Assembly: GCA_963823665.1 (NCBI GenBank)
Contig: CAWGMQ010000006.1
Location: 1,728,001 to 1,792,000, forward strand
Direction of reading: 5' to 3'
DNA from: an uncultured Planctomycetota bacterium
GTDB taxonomy: Bacteria; Planctomycetota; Planctomycetia; Isosphaerales; Isosphaeraceae
DNA: 64,000 nucleotides
Part shown: positions 21,400 to 33,678 of the stretch, piece by piece
Position numbering within the stretch: position 1 is the stretch's first letter
Layout of the letters: each line of letters opens with the position of its first letter
Program-made: the position numbers and the translations under genes
The notes under the pieces: model-generated
The model's database searches: none
Seen by the model: only the letters and a program-made list of their open reading frames with translations
Told to the model about the DNA's origin: nothing

Positions 21400-22617
21400 T
21401 CAACGATGATGAATATCGGGGTCACCGTCGTCAACTGCGATCTTCGATTTCGGTTTCGGCGCCCACTCGCGTGCCTTCTCTGGTTTGCCCCAAGCCAAAT
21501 AGAGCGTGAATAGCCGGTTCGCGGCCTCGTCCAGAGCCGACTTTTTCAACACGGGGATGTCCTTCTGAAGTGCCTTCAATCCCTTGTAGTCGTCGACCAA
21601 CGACGGCTCGGCCGCGGCATATTTCTTTTGCCCGGCCAGCGCGGCGCCGAGTTCACTCATCGTGAGGTAATAAGCCCAATCATCGGGCTGCTTCACAGCC
21701 GCCATCTCTGTGACGACGATGGTGTTTCCCGATGCATCCGTGACCTCGCGCGTCACCACTTTGTGCCGTTTCTGTATGCGGTGGCTCAGACATTCACGCG
21801 CGGTCTGTTCGGCCATGCCCCATTCGTGCGCGCTCAGATAGAGCTCAATCAAATCGTTCATCAATCGCAGAGTGAACGCGTGATCTTATCCGAGCTCGGC
21901 CTGGGCCTCAATGAACGAAAGTTCGAACGGCCGCAGTACCTGGTGCTCAGAGCCTTCGACTACGCCAATGAATCGCCCTTCTTTGGCGGCGTGCAGCGGC
22001 GCAGCCAAGGTCTTCACGTCCTCGGTGTTCAAATGCTGCGCGTACAACAGTTTATAGGCGTTCTCACTAGAAACTGGCACGTTTCGCCAAGCCTCAATCC
22101 CGATCCCCAGAGCCACCAGTAGTGAAGCGCATGCGGCCAGGCCCAGAGTTCGCATCACGCGGCCCCGAGCCACGCGCCAACGCGCGGATCGTTTAGCCGC
22201 GGTCTTGAATTCAGATCCGGACGAGACCGAGCCCTTGGCTGGCTGATCCTCGAGAAACCCTCGTTCTCGATAGCGCCTCAGAACGTCCTCAATTTCGTGC
22301 CGCATGTCGGCGTCGAGCGGTAGCGCGACAACCGGGCGGAAGTGGAACTCGGTGTGGCCGTCAACTGCTTCGGTGGTCAACTGGAAGTGATGGCCTTCTT
22401 GAATCGACTTTGATGCCAGATCCGTCGCGTCCCACTCGATTTCGACCTCGTGCCCGATGTCGTCGGTTAGCGTAAGATAAGCAACCCCGTCCCGGACGGT
22501 GTCCACCACTCCGGAGAAGTGCTCAATGCGGGGAGGCGAATCGCAAACAACGGACATGGAAGTCGCCCCCAACTCTCGAGCACGCCCGAGTCGCGCGAAA
22601 ACACGATTCGCCCTCAA
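21400..22617 (-). pseudogene. Membrane protein with TPR-like C-terminus, interrupted by an in-frame TAA at 21886-21888
   Basis: The two ORFs are in the same frame and read ...ELG*DHAFTLRLMNDL..., matching the LGxDHPxTL TPR motif. The C-terminus LGAALAGQKKYAAAEP...LYLAWGKPEKAREW is typical of Planctomycete TPR tails. Confidence 0.6.
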
Positions 22618-22723
22618 TAGTAGATTATAGCCGGAAAGGGATGTGGCTTAAGTTCTTCAGTCTCCAGAACCACGCGGACGGAACGCGGATCCGTCGCCTG
22701 CCCCGCTCTGATTCCTGTTGCTG

Positions 22724-23088
22724 TCAATCGAAAAACGACCCCCGATCGCCGAATTGCGCGGAACTCGTATGCCTGCTTCTCGGCGCCGCTCCAGTCCCTC
22801 GCGCGCGCTTTCGGAAATGAGCGCGGCCAGTTCCTTGTACTTTCCTTCCGAAATCTCGCCGGCGGTGTGCCTCTCCTCGATCAGCTTGGCGTCGCCCTCG
22901 ACTTCTTTTGGGTTCTTCAGGGAAATGGCCGTCAGAAGCGCTTCGAACGCCTGAGCGTTCTTGACCTCTCGCCCCGTCGGTTCCCCGCCGCACCCCACCA
23001 GGACGCCCGCCAGCGCGAGAAGAGCGGAAAAGCGGACCCTGCGCCCTATCGCGGACTCGGTCTTTCGACGTTCAGTACGAGTCGGCAC
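22724..23088 (-). CDS. Small lipoprotein downstream of DUF1559 (frameshift near 22810; start uncertain)
   Basis: Lipobox-like LAGVLVGCGG; C-terminus YEF/AQFGDRGSFFD lies in a second frame. Confidence 0.55.
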
Positions 23089-24134
23089 TGACCACCTCCC
23101 CGACCGCACGGCTGCTCAGGGCTTGCCACGCGAGCAGGTTGATCGACTGCTTGATGAATCGAACCGATCCGTCACCCATCAAGACATTCGCCCCACTCGG
23201 GTGCAGCGAATAAAACTCATCCGTGTGACCGAGCGGGCTATTGGGCGGATGGATCACCTGTGGCGACTCGTAGAGCGACGGACCGCTATGCGAGGCCAGA
23301 ATCGCGCCCGGATAGTCATAGTTAATTCCGGCCCCGCCCGTCCCGGCGCTGGCAAACGCGTTGTAGGCGAAATGCCGGTAACCCGGAATAATCCCCACCC
23401 AGCTCGCGTCCGCCAGGTAGGGCGTCTTCTCGCTTGCGAAAACCGTATTGCTCAGGCCGTCGGTCACGCCCGCGTAGCTTACGTGGCTGTTCCGGTAGAT
23501 CGGCCCATTGCAACCCAGAATCGGGTCATCATAATTGGTGGCCGCGGGCTGAATGCTCGTGTCGTTCCAGCCCATGTTGTACTGATAGTTGGCGCGGGCG
23601 AAGTACTGGTTCGCCACCGGAAGCAGGTTCACGTTGGCGTCGACCATCATGCATGTCGCGGTCGGATTATTGGCCGACGGGCATAGGAACACATTGATCT
23701 GAACCGCGACGACGGTGCTGTTGGCAGCGACCCACGTGGGAAGATTGAAATTGGTCGCGCCATACAGCGGCGCCTGCTCGGCGTATGGCAGCAGCATCGC
23801 CAGCCACCCCCACCCTGGCCCCTGATCCATCGTGAATGGGTCCGGATTGTAGCCCGGCACCGCCAGCGACGAGGGCAGCGTCGCGCCGGAAAGCGCAGTT
23901 GCCGCTGCCACAAAGGCTGACGTATCCCGGCACGATACAGCCAACCGCGGTCTCATAATTGGCGATCGCCAGCCCGATCTGCTTCAGATTGTTCGTGCAC
24001 TGGGCCCGCCTCGCAGCCTCTCGTGCATTTTGCACGGCCGGCAAAAGCAGCGCAATCAACACCGCGATGATGGCAATCACCACGAGCAGCTCGATCAGCG
24101 TGAAAGCCCTGGAACGCATCGCGCGGTCTGCCAT
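23072..24134 (-). CDS. DUF1559 (prepilin-type N-terminal cleavage / H-X9-DG) protein (frameshifted near 23880-23930)
   Basis: [69 protein letters not shown]. Confidence 0.95.
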
Positions 24135-24529
24135 ATTCAGTCCTCAACAATCGACGTTGCTTCGCCCTTCCCACGAGATGTTCACACGAGAGATCCTAAT
24201 CTCGTTTTTTGCATAAAGCAATAGCAAGTTTTGTAGATCCAAAATTCGTCATGCGCCTCGACAAAAATTGCGTCCGACCGAGAGTCGGATGGCGCCAATC
24301 TGGGGCGATAGTAGCGTGGCGGATTGCGTGAGAAGTCATTTGTTTGGTACGCTAGCCGTAACGTGTCCGTTACCCGAGCTTTCCGATCGAAGTCACTTGA
24401 GTCTCGCGATGAGCTTCCGGGAGGCCACTGATGAATCAATTCACGTTGGTCGTCACCGTTGCGGCCGTGCTGGCCTCTGGCGACAAATCGGGTTCATCAA
24501 CTGATCGCAACCAGTCGCGACCGCGGTTG

Positions 24530-24574
24530 CGCGATACTTCAGAGCACAGCCAGGTTTGAGCCCTCTGTGGACTC
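24530..24574 (+). promoter_or_regulatory. Conserved upstream motif CGCGATACTTCAG-N23-TGTGGACTC (copy 1)
   Basis: Identical boxes, spacing and distance to the ATG also occur at 26609-26653. Confidence 0.6.
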
Positions 24575-24622
24575 GCAAAGATTGTACGTCCCAATCGCCG
24601 ACACACACCACGGAGCCGGGTC

Positions 24623-26579
24623 ATGCTGCACGCAACAGTGCTCGCAATTGTCGTGGCAACTTTCCCTGCCGATGGTGCGTCCGGTCCAACAGCGGCCGAT
24701 CGGAAGACGTATGAGGCGGTGCGGGTCAAAGCCGGCCAGAATCCAGCGGCTCTGGTCAAGCTGGCACTCTGGTGCGAAGCTCACGGTTTGACAGTCGAGC
24801 GCGGCAAGCACCTCATGGAGGCCGTCGGGATCGATCCGGCCAATACCGCGGCGCGAGGGCTGCTCGGGCTGATCTCCTATCGCGGGGATTGGCTCTCGCC
24901 TGAGAACGTTCACGCAAAGCGAGAATCCGACACAGAGCTGGTGACGAAGCTCGAAGCATATCACGCGCGGCGCGCGGACCTTGACGCCCTGCTCCGATCC
25001 AAAAAGAACGACTCGAGCCGCCCTCCGCAAAGCCGCGCTGGCTCACGAGAAGCTGGGAGCCTGGTGCGAGCAGCAGGCGCTGAAGGACGAGGCGCTCGCG
25101 CATTTCACGACGGCCGTTCAGTACGACCCGTATCTCGATGCGCCCTGGAAGCGTCTGGGGTACATCAAGCGTCACGGCCGCTGGATGACGCGCGCGAAGA
25201 TTGCCGCAGAGGAACAGGAAGCGGCCGCCCAGCGCAAGGCCGACCGGTACTGGGAGCCGCTCTTGCGAAAATGGAAGAGCGATCTGCGCGAACCGAGGCG
25301 ACGGCAAGAGGCGGAGAAGTCGCTGGCGATGGTCACCGATCCACGCGCGGTCCCGTCGATCGCGCGCAGCTTCGCCGGCGGCCCGCCCGACGATCAGTTG
25401 AGAGCAAGCGCGATGCTGGGGAGGATCGATGCTCCCGAGTCGACCAAGGAGCTGGCCCGCCTCGCGGTCTCGAGCGCAGCGGAACCGGTGCGCAAAAGCG
25501 CGATCGAGGCCCTGAGAGACCGCGAGCCCCGTGACTACGCCGGACTTCTGATTGCCATGATTCCCCTACCCGTCGAGTACAAGCTGCAGCCTGTCCGAGG
25601 GCCCGGGTCGCAAGGTGCCCTGCTCGTCGACACCCCCCGGTTCACCATGCTGCGCACCTACGACGCACCGGTCGCTTTCACACTGGCGAGCTCATTTCGG
25701 GGCGCCGTGACGGTTGATGAATCGGACGGCATGCCCATCGTGTATCGGGGCGTCGACCTGGACGCGATGAAATTGTTGAATCCGCAGAATCAGATGCTGA
25801 AAATGCGTGAAGTCAAGGCACGGACGGCGCAGCTCCTGTTTGACGCAAACCTGCAGGCCGTCGCCGCGCAAGAGCAGTTGATGGCCGACGTGGGTGCGAT
25901 CGAGGAGTTTAAACTGCAGGCGGCGGCCGCGAGCGAGCGAGTGTTGCCGATTCTTCAGCAGGCGGCACTTGCACCCGCTTCGAGTACCGATCAAGACAGC
26001 CTGTATCAGTGGTGGTACGACCGCCTCGGGTACAGCTACCAGCCCCCGGAAAAAGTGCAGGCCGCGGTGAATGTATTCCCGGAGACCACACCTCCCAGCC
26101 TGACGACGTGTTTCGCGGCCGGGACCCAGGTGCGAACGATCGAAGGGGCACGGCCAATCGAAGAGATTCGCCCCGGTGATCTCGTTCTGAGCCAGGACGT
26201 CACGACCGGCGGGCTCGAATTCCGACCCATCGTGGTCGTTCATCACAACCCGGCGAACCAGACGCTCCGGATCACTCTGAATAACGACGAGATCCTGGCC
26301 GCGAGCATCTATCACCGGTTCTGGCGTCCGGGCGAAGGCTGGGCACAGGCGCGCGAGCTGAAGCCTGGAGACGTGCTGCGAGCGCTCGGCCGTACACTTC
26401 GGGTCGTCGCCGTCGAGCCGGGAGCCGTTGAGCCGCTTTATAACCTCGACGTCGCCCAGAATCGGTGCTTTTTCGTCGGCGAGGGCAACGTGCTGGTCCA
26501 CGACAACACGCTGCCGCCGGCGCGGCAGGCACTCTTTGACGCTCAGCCCGATCTGAGCCTCGCCGGGGGAGGGCGCTGA
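24623..26579 (+). CDS. Secreted helical-repeat protein with C-terminal HINT (pretoxin/intein-like) domain, paralog 1 (frameshift near 25020)
   Basis: Signal-peptide-like N-terminus; two WC..L...DP...LG...G.W repeats; HEAT-like region; HINT from CFAAGT (26109) via SIYHRF and YNLDV to LVHDNT. Confidence 0.85.
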
Positions 26580-26608
26580 GTGATCGGAGTGAAGTCGAGA
26601 CGGAATCT

Positions 26609-26653
26609 CGCGATACTTCAGGCCGACGCCGGTGTTCACCCCATTGTGGACTC
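26609..26653 (+). promoter_or_regulatory. Conserved upstream motif CGCGATACTTCAG-N23-TGTGGACTC (copy 2)
   Basis: Matches 24530-24574. Confidence 0.6.
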
Positions 26654-26701
26654 TGCAGCGAAGCACGTCGTCGTCAGCGACGCTCGTCCCGGAGGTGGGT
26701 C

Positions 26702-28615
26702 ATGTTGCACACCGCGTTTATCGCAATCGTCGCAACCATTTTCGCTCCTGACGACACCTCCGGTCAGGCAGCGGTCGACCGAAAGACGTACGAGGCCGTT
26801 CGCGTCAAGGCCGGCCAGAATCCGGGGGCGCTCGTCAAACTTTCGCTCTGGTGCGAGGCTCACGGCCTCACGGCGGAGCGCAGCAAGCACCTCATGGAGG
26901 CGATCGGGATCGATCCGGCCAATACGGCGGCGCGTGGGCTGCTCGGGCTCATTTCTTATCGCGGAGAATGGCTCTCGCCCGAAGAAGTTCGAGTCAAACG
27001 AAAATCGGATGAGGAGCTTGCGCGGAAGCTCGAAGAATACAACGCACGGCGGGCCGAGCTCGATGGCGCGATCAGGAGTAGAAAGAACGACGCAGGCGGC
27101 CGGCACAAAGCTGCGCTGGCACACGAGAAGCTGGGCGCCTGGTGCGAAGAACAGGGACTCAAGGACGAGGCGATCGCCCACTACACCACGGCGGTTCAGC
27201 TCGACCCCTACCTGGATGCGCCGTGGAAGCGTCTCGGGTATGTCAAACATCACGGGCAGTGGCTTTCACGCGAGAATCTCGCCGCCTTCGAGCAGGAGAC
27301 GGCGGCGCAGCACAAGGCCGATCGGCACTGGGAGACGCTGCTGCGCAAATGGAAGGTCGAGCTCGGCGAGAAGAAGAGGCGGAAGCAGGCCGAAGAATCA
27401 CTGGCGGGGGTAACCGACCCTCGAGCCGTTCCGTCGATTGCGCGGATCTTCGGCAAAGGATCCTCGAGCGACCAGTTGACAGCGGTGACGATGCTCGAAC
27501 GAATCGAGGGCCAGGCGTCGTCAAGGGAATTGGCTCGCCTCGCCGTCTTCGGCGATTCGCAGGACGTGCGTGACGCGGCGATCGCCGCGCTCAAGAAGCG
27601 CGAGCCGCGCGACTACGTCGGCGCCCTGATCGATCTGGTGCAGTTCCCCGTGCAATACAAGGTCCAAGCCGTGACCGGGCCTGGATCTCGCGGCGGTCTG
27701 CTGATCGACACTCCGCGATTCAGGCTGCTGCGCACGTATAGCGCGCCGGCGGCGTTTCACCTGACATCGAGCTTCCGCGGCACCGTCGTTTACGACGCGG
27801 ATGGCATGCCCGTCCCGTACCGCGGCGTCGAGCTCCAGCAGATGAGTTCCATGAAACCGGCGCAACAGGTCGCGAAGGAGTTCCAGATCGATATGCGCGC
27901 AGAGAGATGATGGCAGAAGCAAACCTGAAAGCTGCCGCCGCGCAGCAGCAATTGATTGCCGATGTCGGCGCGATCGAGCAATTCAATTTCCAGGCTGCCG
28001 CGATCAATGAGCGCGTCTTGCCGATCCTTCAAGAAACCGTCGGCGCGCCCGCTACCAGCACCGACCCGGATTCACTCAACAAGTGGTGGTACGACAAGCT
28101 CGGTTACAACTACGAGCCGCCGCAGCAAGTGCAGGTTACTCAGAATGCATTCCCGCAGCTTCCGCCTCCCACCCTCACCACGTGCTTCGTGGCCGGGACG
28201 CCGGTGCGGACGATGGAAGGTTTCCAGCCCATCGAGAAGATCCGCACGGGCGACCTGGTGCTCAGCCAGGATATCACCACCGGCGCGCTCGAGTTCCGAC
28301 CGATCCTGGTTGTTCATCACAACCCTCCCAATCGCACGCTGCGGATCACGTTGAGCGACAAGCAGGTCCTGGTGGCGAGCATTTACCATCGGTTCTGGCG
28401 ATCGGGAAAGGGTTGGGCCCAGGCGCGCGAGCTCGAGCCCGGCGACATGCTGCGATCGCTCGGCAGCACACGTGCGGGTCGTTTCGGTTGAGCCGGGATC
28501 GGTCGAGCCGCTCTTTAACCTGGACGTCGCTCAGAATCGTAGCTTCTTCGTCGGCAACGGCAACGTCCTGGTCCACGACAACACGCTGCCGCCAGCGCAG
28601 CCACGATCGCTTTGA
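26702..28615 (+). CDS. Secreted helical-repeat protein with C-terminal HINT domain, paralog 2 (frameshifts near 27905 and 28470; end approximate)
   Basis: Colinear and similar to paralog 1; CFVAGT at 28183; LVHDNT at 28568-28585. Confidence 0.85.
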
Positions 28616-28764
28616 TCAGCTGCCCGATTTCGAGGCGAGCACGGATGTGCCGCCACTCGAATTAATCGGCATGATCGCAGCGTCGCTCTTGACCCTGTCG
28701 CAAGCACCAGGTAGGCTGTTCTACGACGATTGTCTTAGGTTGACGGTCGCCGGGGAGCCTCGTC

Positions 28765-31700
28765 GTGCACTGGGCTAGCCTGGTCCTCTTCGCGTGCGTT
28801 CAGGTCGACGGGCCGCCACCGCACGCGGAGCCGCTGCGCGGCGTCGTCGTCGACTCTGCCGGCAAGCCGCTTGCCGGAGTGGATGTCTGGCTTGTCGACC
28901 GGATTGTCGCCGACGGGCGAGCGGCCGTCGATTGGCGGAGTGTTGTGGATGGCGGGTCGTCGGGCTTCTCTCGCCGAATTGCAGGCCACGCTTGCGCACA
29001 CGCGAACGAACGACGGCGGAGAGTTCGGCCTCGAGCTTCCCGCGGAGGTCGTGCGAGCCAGGAGCCGATGCCGGTGGCAATCTGGGCTCACGCTGCGCGG
29101 CGGTCGCGTTGCGATGAAACGATTGGCGTCGGCGATTCCCGCGCCCGACCGGAACCGATTCGCCTCGTGATCGAGGAGCCCGGGCACGCGGGCTTCCGGC
29201 TGCTCGGTCCGGACGGCGCTCCGCTCGCCGGTGCCCGCGTCGTGCCAATCGCCTTCGCCCAGACCGCGGTGCCGCGTGAGCTGGCGGAGAAGGTCGGCTC
29301 GGTGGCCGGAGACGACGGGGTCTGTCGTTCTTCCGGCATTTGCACCAGGAGAACTGCGCTGGGTTCGCGTCGATTCGGCGACGCTGGCACGCAGATCATT
29401 CGCACGCTGGGATCGGATACGACGCAGGACAACGCGAGTTTCGGCTCGAGCCTGTCGGTCGCGTATCGGGCCGCGTGGTCACCGACGCCGAGGGCAGCCG
29501 GTCAGCGGGCCTGCGGTGCGGGCGGAAACGCTTCCCGATGGATATGACCTGGGCGGCACGCTGGGAGCTGGCCACGTCACGACCGATGGGAACGGACAAT
29601 TCGAGATTCCGGCGATCGCCGCGGGAGGGTTGTCGCTGGTGCTCGAGCTGCGATCGCGTCCCGACCTTCCGTTTCGCGGTTTACCTCCGGCCAATCAGGT
29701 CGTCGAGGCCGGCCGGACCACGACGATTGGAAATCCGGTTGAAGCGGGCAGTGCACATCGAAGGCACGATCCGTGAGCGGGCGACCGGCTTGCCGATCGC
29801 CGGCGTGAGCCCCCAGATCCCCGACTGGCCTGGCGAGCTGGGGGGTAATTCCAGGGTCGTGACCGATGCTAGCGGAAGGTTCGAAGGATACATGGAAGGC
29901 GCAACAGCCTTACGCTTTTCTTTATTCGACGCCCAAGCCGTATTTTATCCCCGAAACTCCGGACACCTTTCATTTGCTGCCCGCGGGTGCCACCGAATTC
30001 AAGCTGCCGCCCACCGAATTGGTGCGAGGTGAAGCGCTAGGGGGCTCGGTGGTCGACGAGTCGGGTAAGTACGTCTCGGGCGCGCTGGTGCGGGCCTCCT
30101 GGGGCGGCGACGAGAATGTGCTCCAGTCGGTTGCCGTCCGGACCGACTCGAGCGGGCGCTACTTGCTCGAGGGGCTCGACCCGCTCGTTGATTTGCGGCT
30201 CACGGCGGAAACAGACGGGCGGAGCTCGGGCGCTGCTGTCACGGCACGGGTAACCGGCGGATAATGAGGTCAAGCTCACCGTCAGCCGGACAAATACGGT
30301 CGTCCTTTCCGGGCGCGTGGTCGACTCAGCCGGAAGGCCGGTCGAGGGCGCCCTGGTGCGGCTCCAGTCGCAGACCCGCCGCCCCGAGGGACAGACGTGG
30401 CGCACCGACCCGGTGTTCTTCGCTGAGCAGACTGTGCTGCACACGGCCGCGGATGGGCGATTTCAGACTCCCAGCGGAGTGCCTGCTGGCCTCGAGTACG
30501 AGGCATCCGTTACTGCTCCGAATGCGCCCCCGGGCCGGACCGGTCGTGCTCAAGACCGCCGGCGGTCTGGCGGCGGCGTTTGCCGACGTTGTGCTGCACC
30601 GCATCCGAGCCGTCGACGGCTTCGTGCACGACCGCCAGGGCAAGCCGGTTGAAGGCGTCACCGTGTTCCAGTCGGGAGACGGCCCGATGCGCACGCGGAC
30701 GCTCACCGATGCCCGCGGACGATTTCGACTTCCAGGGGTGATCGCAGGCAAGGCGATTCTCTTCGCGCGAAAGGACGGATTTCGCTTCCATGGTCAACCC
30801 GTCGACACCGAGGCGGGCGCGGCGGATCTGACGCTTGCGCGAGTCGAGGAGACCACGCCACTCATGAAAACGCTTGATGGGGCTGCTCGCACGTCAGGAA
30901 GAGCTGACGGTTGCTCGACGGCTGCTTGCGCCCTACGTCGAGAAGATCATGTCCAGGGGCACCGATGTGCAGAAGGTCCAGTGTTCACCGTCCTGGTGCA
31001 GGTGGACCCGGCCCGTGCACTCGAGCTGCTCGACGCAAGCTCCGCCGGCAAGCCGCAGTTTGCGGTGGACAGCTTACGCAGCAATGGTCGCTACCGCGAT
31101 GGCGAGCCAGAGCCCCGACGAAGCCGTCAGCATCGCGGAGGCGATCCACGACTCCGGCTCGCGATCGTGGTGTCTTGACCGACCTTGTTGAAAAGCTTGC
31201 CCGCCTCGGCCGGCGGTCGCAAGGCCGAGCTGCTGGCTCAATCGCAATTGCAAGCGAATGGTGTCAAGCAGCCCGGTATGCGAATCGGGCTAATCGCCCG
31301 CATCGCCGAGCGCTGGCTCGACCTGGGAGAAGAAGAACGGGCGACGGCCTTGCTCGACCAGGGGCGGTCGCTCGCCAAGGAAGTGCCCGCACCGGCCTAT
31401 GAGCTCACAACGTTTGCCGAGGCGCTTGCCCGCATCGACTTGAAAAGCGCGCTTGCGCTCGTCGAGAGCACCAAGAGCCTGGCCAAACGCGGCGACAGGG
31501 TTAACCGCGTCTTCGTCTTCGACCGCGCTTACGGCGAGATTGCCTACCGCGTCGCCGCACGCGATCCGGCCGGCGCCGAAGCCGCGCTGGGCTTGATCGT
31601 CGACTCCCACCGCCGCGGCGGATACGTTGTCGCGGCGTGCTCGCGGATTGTTCTCAAGGACAATGCTCGCGCCCGCCGGCTTGTGGAAACGATCGAAGAC

Positions 31701-32303
31701 CCGATGATCCGAGCTTATGGCCTGGGCAAGCTGGCGCACGCTGCTGGCGAGTACGGACAGGCCGTCGGCGATCGGCTTGCTCACCGAAGCGTTCAAGCGG
31801 CTGGATGAATATCGGGATGACCGGCAAGGTTACTCATCGGCCGATTCCGTGGCTGCGGTGTTACTCGAAGCTGTCGAGGCGGTCGACCCCGCGCGGTTGC
31901 AGGAGACGGTCTGGCGCGCGATCTCGCTACGGGCACCCTTGTTCGACACCCGGGGCGACGGTGTCCTCGGCCGATCTGCTGCCGAGCTCGCCATGAACAT
32001 CGCCCGCTATGATCGGGCCGCCGCTGCTGCCGTGCTGCGCGGGCGCTCGATGCTTTTCAAAAAACTGATGTTGATGGCTTGCGCCAGGGTTTCGTTGCGA
32101 TGGCGGAAGCGCTCATCGACCCTGCCCGGGTGGTGTCGCTGGTCGAGTCGCTGCCCGAGGAGCCGGGACTGGATCGCAATCTCTCGAAGAACGCCGCGCG
32201 ACTGTTCGCGGCGGAGATCCTGGCCAAGCAGGGCAAGGAACGCTGGCAGGCGGTGCGCAACTGGGGCATATCGATCTGGAAGCCGGAAGGGAGCGACCTT
32301 TGA
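28765..32303 (+). CDS. Large secreted protein with several carboxypeptidase-regulatory-like (Cna-B/prealbumin-like) domains and a helical C-terminus (many frameshifts)
   Basis: Recurrent G.VVD..GKP..GA.V and TD..GRF.L motifs in successive frames; signal-like N-terminus; ends GISIWKPEGSDL. Confidence 0.7.
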
Positions 32304-33678
32304 GCCGTTTCAGGAAGATCGCGGCGTGTTTTTTCGTCCTGTTCGGTTTTGCCCACGACGAGCGCCCGAGCCATCGAAGGCTGGCGGTTCGTTCTGCCCG
32401 GCCCCGGCGATCCCTTCGAACACCCGCCGATGCGGGCCCTCGCTCTTTCGCGTGCCAAGCCCGAAGATCTGGTGGAGAAGGTCCGATACCGCGGAGCGCG
32501 CCAGCGATATGCCCAGATCCGCTATGGCAGCCCCGGTTCGATCCGGATCACGGTTGTCCTCGACGAGGCGTCGTCGAGCGATGTCGATCTCTACGTTGAC
32601 GCGGATCGCAACCGGCGCATCGAGGCCAAGGACCGACTTGCCGGCAAGGACCGCACGTGGCGGATGCCGCTTGTCCGTGGCGGTGGTCGAGGGTGAGACG
32701 ACGAAGCTCATCCCGCGCGCGGCGATCTTCCGGCTCGGCGCCACCGGCGTGACCTTCAGCTTTGCCGCCGCGGGGTACCTGGAGGGAACGGTGAGCCTGG
32801 CCGGAGGCACGCACACCGCGCGACGAACCGACGGCGACGGCAACGGGTTTCTCACGGATTCCCAGGACAGGCTCTGGATCGACTCAAACGATGACGGGCG
32901 ATGGGACCCTGCCGACGAACAGTTCCTCTATTCCTCGCTGCTGGTCGCTCGGGCACGACCGATACGCTGTGCGGTCGGACGAGCTGGGCACGCGCCTTGC
33001 CTTCGAACGTGTGGATGGTGCTGGAATCGTGAAGTTGAAGCTGAGCCGCCCGGCGGAAGTGCGCCGGTGACCGAGGCGCACGCGACCTTGCTGGGCCGCG
33101 ACGGATCGGCCGTGGGATTAGGTGGTGACGCGGAGGGCATGACCGTGCCCGCCGGCGAATACCGGCTCGGCACTGTGTCGCTTTCGTTTGACGACCCGCA
33201 GGGCGGGCCGAGATGGAGCTTCATCTTTTCGGACAACGGCGGCACGAGCCGACCACAAGTGGCACCGGGTTCAGAAAGGAAGCACCGTCGAAATCGACCC
33301 GGTCGGAAAGCTGGTTCTCCAGACGAGCCTGGAAGATGAAGCAAAGAGCTTCCCGGCCGGAGACGACATCCCGCTCCAGCCGAGGCTCTACACCGGCGAC
33401 GGCCTTCTGATCAACACGTGTTTCCGCGGCTCGCCGACCTCGCCCGGCGGCCACGACGGGGCCGCCGCCGACATCACGCTGAAGGCAAGCGCGTCGCAGG
33501 CGCTGGCCGTTGCGACGTCGGGCTTTGCCTGAGGCACGTTCTGCCCGGCCTCGGTCCGAGTGCCACAGTTCGCAGCGGCCAGGACGAGCTCGTCCTCGAA
33601 GTCGAATTTGATTCCGGGCCGCTTGCGGGGATGCTGCGAGCGCGTACGACGGTGAATGTGATCGAGCCGAAACCGTGA
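32300..33678 (+). CDS. Secreted protein with Dx[DN]xDG Ca-binding loops and a candidate selenocysteine (TGA 33530-33532, U-G-T-F-C); frameshifted
   Basis: TTG overlaps the upstream TGA. LYVDADRN, DGDGNG and WIDSNDDGRWD loops; SGFA*GTFCPASVRVP, then coding-like ELVLEVEFDSGPLAG...IEPKP* in the adjacent frame. Confidence 0.6.

Noticed and set aside
24623..28615. HINT genes as classical polymorphic toxins or mobile inteins
   Set aside because: No toxin domain, immunity gene or homing endonuclease.
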